Below are positions 19,486-29,572 of a DNA stretch of 64,000 nucleotides, in pieces. The stretch covers positions 1,656 to 65,655 of the forward strand of contig JAITGM010000022.1 of NCBI GenBank assembly GCA_031280685.1, written 5' to 3'. How positions within the stretch are numbered: position 1 is the first letter of the stretch; each line of letters begins with the position of its first letter. The stretch comes from Christensenellaceae bacterium (GTDB lineage: Bacteria; Bacillota; Clostridia; Christensenellales; UBA1750). Below the pieces are notes generated by a model that searched no databases, was not told where the DNA came from, and worked only from the letters and a program-made list of their open reading frames with translations. The translations under genes and the position numbers were made by a program.

Positions 19486-20430
19486 ATGCGGCCCTATCTC
19501 TATTCCATTTGCGACCGTTCTGCATGCCGCCCTGTTGCAGTTTGGGCTTGGCTGCGGCGGCCTGTTCGTCTGTTATGTGCGCGAGGGGCCGCGCAGGATG
19601 CTTTACGGCGCCCTGCTGGTGCCGGCGCTTTATTTCAGCGTAACCCAACGGACTGGCGTTGTTCCTGCCCAACCAGCCCCCCTGTCCGGGGGGGGGGATA
19701 AAGCTTCGGCGCGCCGCTCACGCGCAGGGAAAGACTCTCGGTGGCGTATATTTTGCCCCTGGCCTTCGGGCTGGCCGGCATCGCATGGCCGCTTTCGTAT
19801 CTCTTCCTCCTTTTTTATGCTCCTGAATTCGTCGGAGCCGCCGCTGACCCTGATGCGAATCCAGCCCACGCTTTCTGAAGTTTCACCCTATGTGCCGGGA
19901 ATGCTGGCCGCCGTGCTGTTCCAGTCGCTGGTGTATGCCGCGCTGCCAAAGCCTAAGGCCTGCGGTTTCATCCTGGTGCCGGGCGCGGGGTTCAGGGCGG
20001 CGAAGCCGTGACGCCCCTGCTCGCGAACCGGCTCGACCGGGCAATCCGCCGGCAAAAAAGCGGCTTCGTTCGTGGTTTCGGGCGGGCAAGGCCCGGATGA
20101 ACGGGTTTCGGAGACCTTCACCATGAGGCAGTACCTGCCGAAGAGGGGCATCCCCGGCGAGCAAATCATCTTGGAGGATCGCTCGAGGAACACCAACGAA
20201 AATACCCGCTTTTCAAAGGCGATCATGAGCCAAAAAAGAAGGAAGGCTTTTGCTGCGCGATCGCCACCTGCAGCTACCGCGTGCCGCGCGCTGTAATCCT
20301 GGCCAAAAATCGCGTGCCGGACGCGCAGGGCATCGGCGGCAGAACCGCGCCGTATTCCCTGCCCGCAGCCTTCATTCGCGAATACGCCGCGATCCTCCTG
20401 GCTTCGCTCCCCAGGCTGCTGCTATAGGGG
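19486..20430 (+). pseudogene. Multiply frameshifted YdcF/DUF218 (ElyC-like) membrane protein
   Basis: Fragments in different frames: RRERLSVAYILPLAFG; CGFILVPGAG; VTPLLANRLDRAI; VVSGGQGPDE..SE..M..GIP..IILEDRSRNTNENTRFS; AFIREYAAI. Boundaries are approximate. Confidence 0.8.
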
Positions 20431-21327
20431 CGGCGGCGCGCCGGCTTCGTCGAGGCCTTCGTTTAAAAGGCCGCGGAGTTCGTCTGCCGTCAGCCTATAT
20501 TTCTTGTTGCAAAAGTGGCAGGAAAGCTCGGCGCCGCCCTGCTTTTTGATCATGTCCTCCAGCTCGGCCGCGCCCATCGAAAGAAGAGCGCGCTGGATGC
20601 GCTCCATCGAGCAGTCACAGCGCCAGACTGGTTTGACGGATTCGAGGATCTCGTATTCGAGCCCGGGCAGGCAGAGCGCCGTCAGCTCGGCCGCGGAGCC
20701 GCCGGCTTCCTTGCTGAGGTTTGAGATGTTCGCAAGGCGCTCGGCCAGCCCCTCGAGCCTTTGCAAAAGCTCTTCGCCGCAGCCGGGCAGGGGCTGGATG
20801 AGCACGCCGCCGGAGCTTACGACCTTGCCCTCCTCAAGGCGAACGCCCAGGGCCAGGAGCGAGGGCGTTTGCTCTGAAGCGCTCAGATATAGGGCGATAT
20901 CCTCGGCAATTTCGCCCGAAACCAGCCGGGTTTGCCCCACGTAAGGCTCGCGCAGGCCAAGATCGCGCACCACGATGAGCCTGCCTTCGCGGCCCACGCC
21001 GCCGCCCACGTCCAGCTTGCCATTGGGCTTTAAGGGCAATTCGAGCGAGCCGTTTTCGAGGTAGCCCTTGACCTCCCCCTTGCCGTTGCCCAGCACCACC
21101 ACCGGGGAAAGCGGGCCGTCGCCGCGAAAGGTCATGGTCAAGCGGTCTTTTTCGTTCTTTTGCAGGGCGCCCAGCATGGCGGCGCCCGTCAAGGCGCGGC
21201 CAAGCGCCGCCGACGCCAGGTGCGAAAGGCCGTGGATGCGCTGGGCCTCGGCCGCCAGCGCGCTCGAAACGCAGACCAGCGCGCGGGCCTGTCCAAGCTC
21301 GATTTCAACATGCAGAATCTCATCCAT
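20422..21327 (-). CDS. hslO: Hsp33 redox-regulated chaperone
   Basis: SAALGRALTG, GKLDVGGGVG, SGEIAEDIALYL..SEQ, CDC..CHFC zinc motif. Confidence 0.93.
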   Translation of the reverse strand: MDEILHVEIELGQARALVCVSSALAAEAQRIHGLSHLASAALGRALTGAAMLGALQKNEKDRLTMTFRGDGPLSPVVVLGNGKGEVKGYLENGSLELPLKPNGKLDVGGGVGREGRLIVVRDLGLREPYVGQTRLVSGEIAEDIALYLSASEQTPSLLALGVRLEEGKVVSSGGVLIQPLPGCGEELLQRLEGLAERLANISNLSKEAGGSAAELTALCLPGLEYEILESVKPVWRCDCSMERIQRALLSMGAAELEDMIKKQGGAELSCHFCNKKYRLTADELRGLLNEGLDEAGAPPPL

Positions 21328-21362
21328 ATCGCTTTAAAGCTTCCTTTCAGAGGAGGTTTTCG

Positions 21363-22106
21363 CTAACGAAGGGGCTTGCGGCAGAGGAAGTGCACGCGCT
21401 CGTCGCCCTTTTTGGGCTCCTCGCGGGTCATGCGCGAAAAGACCTGCACATCCGCAAAGCCACTTTCGGTCAAAATCTGGCTAAGCTCGGCGATCTCATG
21501 CGCGCGCTGCAGCTGCGATTCGTAGAATTTTCGATAAAGCCCGCCCTCCTGACGGACGAAGACGCTCAAATCCATCTGCAGAAGGTTCGTTTCGCGCTCG
21601 AAGCGGTTAAACCAGAGGTAGCTGATCTCGACGCGATCCTCGCCATACATCTGCGAATCCATCAACAGAAGCTTGCCGAAGGTCGAAACATCGAAGCAGA
21701 AGCGGCCGCCCGGCTCGAGATTCTGAAAGACCGAGGCGAAGCAGCCGCGCACGGCCTTTAAGCTGGTTAGGTAGTTGACCACGTCGCAGGGCGCGATGAT
21801 GACCGGCACCTGCCTTGGAAGATCTAGATTTTCGATGTTTTGGCGTGCAAATTGCGGCTTCAGCCCCGCCGCCCTGGCCTTTTCCTGCGCGACGCCGAGC
21901 ATGCGGTAGGAAAGATCGAGCCCGAGCACCTCAAAGTCCATCTTCGCCAGGCGCAACGAGAAGTTGCCGGTGCCGCAGCCCAGCTCCACGATGCGTGAAC
22001 GGGGCGTGGGCTGGGTGAGCTCCAGGTAGTATTTAAGCCAGCGGTCGTAATTGATGTCGTCCATCAGCAAATCGTAAACATGGGCAAAATCCGTGTAGGA
22101 AGGCAT
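21363..22106 (-). CDS. Class I SAM-dependent methyltransferase
   Basis: YTDFAHVYDLLM, VELGCGTG, GLDLS..ML, LEPGGRFCFDV. Confidence 0.9.
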   Translation of the reverse strand: MPSYTDFAHVYDLLMDDINYDRWLKYYLELTQPTPRSRIVELGCGTGNFSLRLAKMDFEVLGLDLSYRMLGVAQEKARAAGLKPQFARQNIENLDLPRQVPVIIAPCDVVNYLTSLKAVRGCFASVFQNLEPGGRFCFDVSTFGKLLLMDSQMYGEDRVEISYLWFNRFERETNLLQMDLSVFVRQEGGLYRKFYESQLQRAHEIAELSQILTESGFADVQVFSRMTREEPKKGDERVHFLCRKPLR

Positions 22107-22139
22107 GGTCCTCGCCCCTTTCGCGCCATTTTTTTGCCC

Positions 22140-23069
22140 TTACTTCTTGGGCTCATCCTCGTATTCGTCATCGTCAATATCGACGTATTCGTATTCGTCC
22201 TCAGGCGGCTTGTACATACCCCTGCCGATCTCCGCACCCTCGACGCGGGGGTTGATGTAAAGATCGAAGGCGCTGTTGGTGTAAGAAACGTTAACGAAGG
22301 CGTGGAAGGCATAGCCAATAAGGAAATAATAGACCAGGGCGATGGGGAAAAAAAGGCAGATCACGGCCGGAACCAGCCCGATGATAAAATAGAGCAGGGT
22401 GAAGGGCAGCCTGCCAATGGCCATGATCAGCGAGTTCTGCAGGATGGCGCGCAGCCCCATCTCGTAGCCCACCAGCATGGGCCAGGCATAGAGGTTGACG
22501 AAGTAGGCGATCAGGGCGATGAGCCCCACCAAAACCTCAAGAACGAAATAGAGCAGCCCCTGGGCGGCCATGCCGCTGTAGAACAGGAAGGCGAAGGGCA
22601 GGAGCAGGAAGAGCAGGCCGTTGAGCAGCCCCAGCAGCAGCCCTTGCTTGAGGTTGGCGCGGAAGGCATACCAAAAGTCGCTCCAGGCGGAGGCGTGGTC
22701 GTCCATGGCCCACTTGCGCACGAGGTATTTCAGCGCCGCCTTCGCGGGGCCCTGCAGCAACAGGCAGGGCACCATGGCGATGAGGAAGACCGCCATGTAC
22801 CCCTCACTGAAGAAGGGGCGGATGCCTTCGAGCGTCATCCCGTCGGCCGAAGCCTGGGCCATGTCGATCAGGATGCGCGCATGCGCCCAAATGTTGATCC
22901 ACATCGGGATGGTGAAGAGGAAATAGATAGAATTTGCCTTCACGAGGTTCCAAAGGTTGAGCTTGAGCATCTCAAAAAAGAGCTCTCGGCGGTTCTTTGG
23001 CAGCATCTCCTTGGTGAATTCCGCCTTGTTAGGGTTGCCGGTGAAGAAGTTTTGAAAAAAGCCGGCCAT
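22140..23069 (-). CDS. DUF624/YesL-like membrane protein
   Basis: GPAKAAL..VRK..DFWYAFRANLKQ pattern, several TM segments, acidic C-terminal tail. Confidence 0.75.
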   Translation of the reverse strand: MAGFFQNFFTGNPNKAEFTKEMLPKNRRELFFEMLKLNLWNLVKANSIYFLFTIPMWINIWAHARILIDMAQASADGMTLEGIRPFFSEGYMAVFLIAMVPCLLLQGPAKAALKYLVRKWAMDDHASAWSDFWYAFRANLKQGLLLGLLNGLLFLLLPFAFLFYSGMAAQGLLYFVLEVLVGLIALIAYFVNLYAWPMLVGYEMGLRAILQNSLIMAIGRLPFTLLYFIIGLVPAVICLFFPIALVYYFLIGYAFHAFVNVSYTNSAFDLYINPRVEGAEIGRGMYKPPEDEYEYVDIDDDEYEDEPKK

Positions 23070-23099
23070 GGGCAGTCCTCCTTCGAAGTCCTTTTGGCC

Positions 23100-24239
23100 C
23101 TAGGGGTTTTGGGCCAGGCGAAGATAGAAATCCAGCGCGGGGAGCAGCGCTTCCTCGTCAAAGCAGAATCGGTCGGAGTGCAGGGGCGCATCGTCTTCGC
23201 CCCGGCCGACGCCCGCGAAGGCGAAAAAGCCCGGGCGCTCGTTTAAGTAGCACGAAAAATCCTCGGCAATCATCTGGCGGGGCTGGGGAAGGAGCAGCCC
23301 TTCAGGCAGCAGAGGCAGCGCCCTGCCCACCGCCGCCTGGTCGTTGACCACGGGAGGGTACTGCCTTTCGTCAAAGAGGACTTCGGCGCGGGCGCCAAAG
23401 CTGGCGGCCGCGGCAGCCGAGCACTCCTTGATGACCGCGTGCAGTTCGTCGCGGCGTTTCAGGCTGAAATAGCGCAGCGTGCCGCGGAGCGTCGTCTCGC
23501 CCGCGAGCTGGTTGCGCACGGCGCCGCCCTGAATCTGCCCGAAGGTCAGAAGCGAGGGTTCCTCGGCCGAAAGGCGGGTGAGCCGCGCCTCTAAGCTCAG
23601 GGCGACCTGCGCGGCCGCCAAAATCGAATCCACGCCAAGATGCGGAGCGGCGCCGTGGGCGCTTCTGCCCAGCACGCGGATGTCCAGGCTTGTGTTGCCC
23701 GCCATGACCGGCCCTGCCGAAAGACCGATGGTGCCCGCCCTGTAGCTTGGCATCACGTGCAGGCCGTAGATTTCATCTATGCGGGGATCTTCCAAAATGC
23801 CGGCGCGCACCATATCCCGCGCGCCGAGGAGGTTTTCTTCGCCCGGCTGGAAGATGGCCGCGATATTGTGGGGAAGTTCCCGCCGCCGGGCGGAAATCAG
23901 GCCTAAAAAGGTCAATAGAAGCGCCATGTGCCCATCGTGCCCGCAGGCGTGCATAAAGCCCGGGTTTTGCGAGCAAAAGGGCAGGCCGGTTTGCTCCAAA
24001 ATGGGCAGCGCGTCCATATCCGCGCGGAAGCCCAGGGTTTTTGCCCCCTCTTTGCCGCAAAAGAACACGGCTTTGATCCCGGTGCCGCCATAGCAGCGCA
24101 AAAGATCCGGCTTCAGCGCGTGCAGCGCCTTTAAAAGAAACTTCTTGGTTTCAAATTCGCCATTGGCGATTTCTGGAATGCGGTGCAGGGCGCGCCGATG
24201 CGCGCGAAGGGTTTCCAGGGCGTTTTCTCGGCCTTGCAC
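23100..24239 (-). CDS. M20 family amidohydrolase (N-acetyl-diaminopimelate deacetylase/hippuricase-like)
   Basis: RRALHRIPE, FRADMDALP, MHACGHDGH, FQPGEE, AEDF, LHS. Confidence 0.9.
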   Translation of the reverse strand: MQGRENALETLRAHRRALHRIPEIANGEFETKKFLLKALHALKPDLLRCYGGTGIKAVFFCGKEGAKTLGFRADMDALPILEQTGLPFCSQNPGFMHACGHDGHMALLLTFLGLISARRRELPHNIAAIFQPGEENLLGARDMVRAGILEDPRIDEIYGLHVMPSYRAGTIGLSAGPVMAGNTSLDIRVLGRSAHGAAPHLGVDSILAAAQVALSLEARLTRLSAEEPSLLTFGQIQGGAVRNQLAGETTLRGTLRYFSLKRRDELHAVIKECSAAAAASFGARAEVLFDERQYPPVVNDQAAVGRALPLLPEGLLLPQPRQMIAEDFSCYLNERPGFFAFAGVGRGEDDAPLHSDRFCFDEEALLPALDFYLRLAQNP

Positions 24240-24305
24240 GGCGGCGTCCCCCTTCTTTCGTTTTGCCTATGGTACCATGTTTTTGGCCAAAATGAAAGAG
24301 TGCCG

Positions 24306-24334
24306 TTGACGGAGGGCGGGGTTTGTGCTAATCT
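24306..24334 (+). promoter_or_regulatory. Upstream promoter P1 of opp2 (extended -10)
   Basis: TTGACG (24306-24311), 17 bp, TAATCT (24329-24334) preceded by TG at 24326-24327. Confidence 0.6.
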
Positions 24335-24340
24335 GCCCCT

Positions 24341-24385
24341 GTGACGATGGGGTCGCGCCGAAAAAGGCGCGACCCCTTTTGTTTT
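24341..24385 (+). promoter_or_regulatory. Putative ANTAR-type attenuator immediately after P1
   Basis: GTGAC-GATGGG-GTCGC (24341-24356) overlaps the terminator GGGGTCGCGCC-GAAAAA-GGCGCGACCCC-TTTTGTTTT (24349-24385). Confidence 0.55.
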
Positions 24386-24440
24386 ACCTTGCCCCATCCC
24401 AAGAACACGAAAACTTTACAGGGCGCGAAACAAAAAGAGA

Positions 24441-24468
24441 TTGACATAGCCGCGGGCGTGCATATACT
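24441..24468 (+). promoter_or_regulatory. Promoter P2 of opp2
   Basis: TTGACA (24441-24446), 16 bp, TATACT (24463-24468). Confidence 0.7.
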
Positions 24469-24633
24469 GGTGATAAACTAACCAAACAAGTATGAATGAT
24501 ATGTTTTATGAGAAGGAGGAAGTTCGATGGGCAGGCCATGGCGCCCCAGCCTAAAGGAGCGATGTCGCGGCTTCAGGCAAAAAGGCTATTCTTGCAATCC
24601 CAGCACATCCAAAGCAATAGGAGGAACCACACG

Positions 24634-26340
24634 ATGATCAATACGACCAAAAAAGCACTTTCCCTGCTGCTGGCGCTGGCGCTCCTGGCCATACTGGCCG
24701 GCTGCGCCACGCCCAGCGCCACGCCCGCATCCTCGGCCCCGGCCGCAAGCGCGGGCGAAACCGCCACGGCCGAACCCGAATCCTCCGCGCCGTCCGAAGG
24801 CGGCCAGACGCGCCCGAACATCGTGCACCTTGCCCTCGAGGGCGAGGCCGCCACGCTCGACACCCTGAAGGCGGAAGACACCATCGCCCTGACCGTGAGC
24901 GGCGCGCTGAACGTGGGCCTGTATATCCGCGACGCGGATGGCGTAGCCCGCCTTGCGCTGGCCGAGAGCGTGGATAAGAGCGAAGATAACCTCGTTTTCA
25001 CCTACCACCTAAAGGACGCGGTTTGGTCAAACGGCGAGGCCATCACCGCCCACGACTTCGTCTTTTCCTGGCGCGAGCTGGCGGATCCGGCAAACGCCCT
25101 GCAATACTCCATCCTGCTGCGCACGGCGGCCGTGCTCAACGCCAACCAGGTCATCGACGGCGAGCTGCCCAAGGAAGAGCTCGGCATCAGCGCCCTGGAC
25201 GATAAAACCCTGGAAGTGCGCTTTGAAAGGCCGATTCCTTACGTAGAAACCGTGCTTTCGATGGGCAGCTTCTTCCCCGTGAACGAAGCCTTTTACAAGG
25301 CGCAGGGCGACAGCTACGGCACCTCGCCCGAAACCACGCTTTCAAACGGCGCCTTCCTGCTCAAGAGCTACCAGCCCTCTGCCACCTTCATCGAAATGAC
25401 CAAAAACCCGGATTACGTCTTCGCAGAGCGCATCAGCGTGGACGGGCTGACCTACCAGGTCGTCAAAGATAGCCAGCAGGCCGTTTTGGCCTATGAAAAC
25501 GGCGATATCGATGTGGTGGTTCTGGGCGGCGAGCAGGCCGAGCTTTATAGCGACGCCCCTGAGTTCACCCCGGTTTTGACCGGCGCGCTCTGGTTTCTGA
25601 GCCCGAACGTCGCGGTTCCCGGGCTCGATAATCTCAACCTGCGCAAGGCGCTCGCCCTCTCGTTCGATAAGGAGGCGCTGGTCAAGACCGTCCTGAAGGA
25701 CGGCTCCATCCCGGCCGACTATGTCGTGACCAGGCTCACCCACGTCACCGCGGACGGAGCGGACTTCCGCGACCTAACGCAGCCCATTTTGCAGGCCGAC
25801 AAGGCGCTGGCCAAGGAATTTTGGCAAAAGGCCCAGGAGGAGCTTGGCCTGAGCGAGGTTAGCTTCACCCTGCTGGTGGAAGATAACGAAGCCACCATAA
25901 ACGCCTCGCAATACCTGCAGGCGCAGATTCAAGAGAACCTGCCCGGCGTGACCATCACCATCGAGCAGATGCCCAAAAAGAACCGCGTCGAGCGGATGGC
26001 GGCGCAGGACTATGAGCTGGCGCTGACCCGCTGGGGCCCCGACTATTCCGACGCCACGACCTTCCTGGACCTCTTCCTGACCGGCAGCACCTATAACTAC
26101 GGCGGCTGGTCAAACGCGGAATACGACGGCCTGGTCAAGGCAGCCTCGGCAGAGCTGGTGAACGACATCCCGGCGCGCCTGAAAGCCTTGCAGGATGCCG
26201 AGCAGATCATCGGCGCGGAGGCAGCAATCTTCCCCGTTTACCAGAAGGCCAATGCCTACCTCATCAAGCCCTACGTGAAGGGCATCGAGTTCACGACCAC
26301 CGGCGCGCTGATCTCGCGCTATGCCGTGATCGAGCAATAA
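24634..26340 (+). CDS. oppA: Oligopeptide ABC transporter substrate-binding lipoprotein
   Basis: Lipobox LAGC, WSNGEAITAHDFVFSW, SNGAFLL, RWGPDYSD. AGGAGG RBS fixes the start at 24634. Confidence 0.93.
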   Translation: MINTTKKALSLLLALALLAILAGCATPSATPASSAPAASAGETATAEPESSAPSEGGQTRPNIVHLALEGEAATLDTLKAEDTIALTVSGALNVGLYIRDADGVARLALAESVDKSEDNLVFTYHLKDAVWSNGEAITAHDFVFSWRELADPANALQYSILLRTAAVLNANQVIDGELPKEELGISALDDKTLEVRFERPIPYVETVLSMGSFFPVNEAFYKAQGDSYGTSPETTLSNGAFLLKSYQPSATFIEMTKNPDYVFAERISVDGLTYQVVKDSQQAVLAYENGDIDVVVLGGEQAELYSDAPEFTPVLTGALWFLSPNVAVPGLDNLNLRKALALSFDKEALVKTVLKDGSIPADYVVTRLTHVTADGADFRDLTQPILQADKALAKEFWQKAQEELGLSEVSFTLLVEDNEATINASQYLQAQIQENLPGVTITIEQMPKKNRVERMAAQDYELALTRWGPDYSDATTFLDLFLTGSTYNYGGWSNAEYDGLVKAASAELVNDIPARLKALQDAEQIIGAEAAIFPVYQKANAYLIKPYVKGIEFTTTGALISRYAVIEQ

Positions 26341-26432
26341 CCCAAACGCAAAGCGCTTCGCCGGGGAGAAAGGGGCCAAAGGCCTTTTTCTCCCCGCGGC
26401 ATAAAAAAGACTGAAAAAGGAGGGCTGAAGGC

Positions 26433-27374
26433 ATGGCGGCCTACATCTTTAAGCGGGCCTTGATCGCGGTGCTGACGCTCTTGCTCATCGTGTTGATCCT
26501 CTTCGTGCTGATGGCCTTTCTGCCAGGCTCCCCATTCAACGACGAGCGGCTCACCGTTGAGCAAATCGCCACGCTTCGGGCAAAATACGGGCTGGATCAA
26601 CCCCTTTTGGCGCAGTTTTGGAGCTTCGTCAAAAACACCTTCAGCGGTGATTTCGGCGTTTCCTACGCGATTCAAAAAAACGTGCCCATCTCGAGCCTTT
26701 TAAGCGGCAGGCTGCCGGTTTCCATGCGCATCGGCGGCCAGGCCATCCTGCTGGGCAGCCTTTTGGGGCTGGTTCTGGGCGTTATCGCGGCGCTGAAGCA
26801 CAACACCGTTTGGGATACTTTCTGCACGGTGCTCTCGGTTGTGGGGGTGAGCATTCCCTCGTATGTGTTCGCGCTTGGGCTTTCGTATCTCTTCGGCTTC
26901 AAGCTCAAGTGGTTCCCCATCCTCTATCAGTCCGCCCTGCCCTTTCACTCCTCGGTGCTGGCGACGGTGGCCCTGAGCCTCTTTACCATGGCCTCCATCG
27001 CGCGCTTTACCCGCACCGAGCTTTTAGAGGTCCTAAGCTCGGACTATATCCTCTTCGCGCAGAGCCGCGGCATCGACGGCTTCCGCCTCATCGCCCGCCA
27101 TGCGCTGCGCAACGCGCTCATCCCCGTCATCACGGTGCTCGCTCCCCTCGTCGTGGGGCTGATGACCGGCAGCCTGGTGGTCGAGCGCATCTTCTCGGTG
27201 CCCGGGGTCGGCCAGCTCTTGGTCGAGGGCATTCAGGCCAACGATTATTCGGTGGTCACGGCGCTTTCCTTCGTCTATAGCCTGATCTACATCGCCATCA
27301 TGCTGGGCGTAGACATCCTCTATGGCGTCATCGATCCAAGGATCCGCCTGGCGAAGGGGGAGGTGCAGCCATGA
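26433..27374 (+). CDS. oppB: Oligopeptide ABC transporter permease
   Basis: PGSPFN, YGLDQP, VVERIFSVPGVG, DPRIRL. Confidence 0.93.
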   Translation: MAAYIFKRALIAVLTLLLIVLILFVLMAFLPGSPFNDERLTVEQIATLRAKYGLDQPLLAQFWSFVKNTFSGDFGVSYAIQKNVPISSLLSGRLPVSMRIGGQAILLGSLLGLVLGVIAALKHNTVWDTFCTVLSVVGVSIPSYVFALGLSYLFGFKLKWFPILYQSALPFHSSVLATVALSLFTMASIARFTRTELLEVLSSDYILFAQSRGIDGFRLIARHALRNALIPVITVLAPLVVGLMTGSLVVERIFSVPGVGQLLVEGIQANDYSVVTALSFVYSLIYIAIMLGVDILYGVIDPRIRLAKGEVQP

Positions 27375-28462
27375 CGATGCAAGCCGAAAAAAAGGCCGAA
27401 AATTCGGCCGCCGAAGCGCTCGCGGCTGAGGAATTCGCGTTTGACGAGCACGATTTCGAGTTCGCCGCGCAGGGCGTGGCCGCGGTTCGCGCGGCGGAGC
27501 CGGTTCTGCCCGTTTCCTTCACCAAGGAGGCGCTCCTGCGCCTGGCGAAGAACCGGGGCGCGCTCTGCTCGCTCTTCTTCATCCTCCTCATCGTGCTGCT
27601 GGCCCTCGTCGGCCCGCTCGTCAGCGGCTACGGCTACAGCCAGCAGCTCACCGGGCACGACAACATGGCCCCGCGCATCCAGGGGCTTGAGAAGCTGGGT
27701 ATTTTTAATGGCAGCGAGGCCGTGCCGATGGCGACCGGCGTGAAGATCGTCAACAAATACGAAAAGCTCCAAGGCGGCGAGAAGGTCTACCACTGGTTCG
27801 GCACCGACGTGCTCGGCCGCGACCTCTTCACCAGAACCTGGGAGGGCACCAGGATCTCGCTGTTCATCGCGCTGGTCGCCGTGCTGATCGATATGCTCTT
27901 TGGCATGAGCTACGGGCTGATCTCGGGCTATTTCGGCGGCAAGGTCGATCTGGTCATGCAGCGCATCGTAGAGGTTCTGCACGGCATCCCCAACCTCATC
28001 ATCATCACCCTGCTCATCATCGTCCTAAAGCCCGGCCTGCCCACCATCATCCTGGCGCTGATGCTCACTGGCTGGATCGGCATGAGCCGCGTCGCAAGGG
28101 CGCAGATGCTCAAGCTCAAGGAGCAGGAATTCGTGCTGGCGGCGCGCACCCTGGGCGCCAGGCCCTTCTTCCTCATTTCCAAGGAGGTACTGCCCAACAT
28201 CATCGGCCAGCTGCTGGTCATGTCGATGTTCTCGATCCCCAGCGCGATCTTTTCAGAGGCCTTTCTGGCCTTCATCGGCATCGGCATCCCCGTGCCGATG
28301 GCTTCGCTCGGCACCATCATTTCAGACTCGTTCAAGTCCCTCACCGCCCACCCCTACATGATGGCCTTTCCCGTGGTGGTGCTGGGGCTTTTGATGCTGA
28401 GCTTCAATCTTCTGGCGGACGGGCTTCGCGACGCGCTCGACCCCAGGATGAAGGATAGGTGA
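27371..28462 (+). CDS. oppC: Oligopeptide ABC transporter permease
   Basis: HWFGTDVLGRDLFTR, EQEFVLAARTLGA, DGLRDALDPR. Confidence 0.93.
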   Translation: MTMQAEKKAENSAAEALAAEEFAFDEHDFEFAAQGVAAVRAAEPVLPVSFTKEALLRLAKNRGALCSLFFILLIVLLALVGPLVSGYGYSQQLTGHDNMAPRIQGLEKLGIFNGSEAVPMATGVKIVNKYEKLQGGEKVYHWFGTDVLGRDLFTRTWEGTRISLFIALVAVLIDMLFGMSYGLISGYFGGKVDLVMQRIVEVLHGIPNLIIITLLIIVLKPGLPTIILALMLTGWIGMSRVARAQMLKLKEQEFVLAARTLGARPFFLISKEVLPNIIGQLLVMSMFSIPSAIFSEAFLAFIGIGIPVPMASLGTIISDSFKSLTAHPYMMAFPVVVLGLLMLSFNLLADGLRDALDPRMKDR

Positions 28463-29559
28463 GCGGAATGAGCGATCAAAAACGAGCGGATTCTGCGCAA
28501 AACGAGCTGTTTTTGGCCGAAAATGCGCTGCTTTCGGTGCGGAACCTCACGGTGCGGTTCAAGACTGGCTACGGCGTGGTGGGCGCCGTGCGCGGCGTGG
28601 ATTTTGACCTGAAAAAGGGTAAAACCCTGGCCATCGTGGGCGAGAGCGGCAGCGGCAAGTCGGTGACGGTGAAGGCGCTGGCCGGCCTGCTGGGCGAGAA
28701 CGCCGCAATCGAATCCGGCAGCGCGGTTCTGCGCGGCCCAAATGGCGAAAAAACCGATCTTTTTTCGCTAAAACGCCGCGAAATGCGCCGCCAGATCAAC
28801 GGCAGGCGCATCGCCATGGTGTTTCAGGATCCGATGACCTCACTCGACCCCACGATGCCCATCGGCAAGCAATTGATGGAAGGCCTGCGCGACCATCTTC
28901 ACTTGGGGCGCGAAAAGGCGACGGAAGAAGCCGTCCGCCTGCTCAAGCTGGTCGAGATTCCGGAGGCGGAAAGCCGCATGCGCAGCTACCCGCACCAGCT
29001 CTCGGGCGGGATGCGGCAAAGGGTGGTCATCGCGATGGCGCTTTCGTGCAACCCGGAAATCCTCATCTGCGACGAGCCGACCACGGCGCTTGACGTGACG
29101 ATTCAGTCGCGCATTCTTGAATTGATTCAGGATCTGCAGCGAAAGCTCGGCCTTTCGGTGATCTACATCACCCACGACCTGGGCGTCGTAGCCAAGGTGG
29201 CCGACGAAATCGCCGTAATGTATGCCGGGCGCATCGTGGAAAGGGGCCTTGCGGACGAGATCTTTTACGATCCGCGCCACCCCTATACCTGGGGCCTGCT
29301 CCTGGCCATGCCGGATGTGGAGATGGACTCGGGCGAGCTGTACACCATCCCCGGCAACCCGCCCAATATGGTGGGGCAAACCGTGGGCGAACCCTTCGCC
29401 CCGCGCAACGAATACGCCCTGAACATCGACTTTAGGCGCGAAGCGCCGATGTTTAAGCTGAGCGAAACGCATTACGCCGCGACCTGGCTCCTGCACGAAA
29501 AAGCGCCCGAAGTCGCGCGGCCGGCGCGCTTTGGCAGGCCGCCAAAACGCCTTAATTAA
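28459..29559 (+). CDS. oppD: Oligopeptide ABC transporter ATP-binding protein
   Basis: GESGSGKS, LSGGMRQR, ICDEPTTALD, HPYTWGLL. The start may be ATG 28468. Confidence 0.94.
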   Translation: MSGMSDQKRADSAQNELFLAENALLSVRNLTVRFKTGYGVVGAVRGVDFDLKKGKTLAIVGESGSGKSVTVKALAGLLGENAAIESGSAVLRGPNGEKTDLFSLKRREMRRQINGRRIAMVFQDPMTSLDPTMPIGKQLMEGLRDHLHLGREKATEEAVRLLKLVEIPEAESRMRSYPHQLSGGMRQRVVIAMALSCNPEILICDEPTTALDVTIQSRILELIQDLQRKLGLSVIYITHDLGVVAKVADEIAVMYAGRIVERGLADEIFYDPRHPYTWGLLLAMPDVEMDSGELYTIPGNPPNMVGQTVGEPFAPRNEYALNIDFRREAPMFKLSETHYAATWLLHEKAPEVARPARFGRPPKRLN

Positions 29560-29572
29560 GGAGGGAAAGCGG

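Noticed and set aside
22080-23246. 388-aa ORF on the + strand
   Set aside because: Antisense shadow of the DUF624-like gene, as expected in high-GC coding DNA
24341-24385. Fluoride riboswitch suggested by the GACGATGGGGT start
   Set aside because: The downstream GCUGAUGAC-type pseudoknot segment is missing and the gene context is unrelated
24535-24550. GGC-CATGGC-GCC hexaloop in the P2 leader of opp2 as a fourth ANTAR site
   Set aside because: The loop starts with C and no terminator overlaps it; 3-bp stems are common by chance at this GC content
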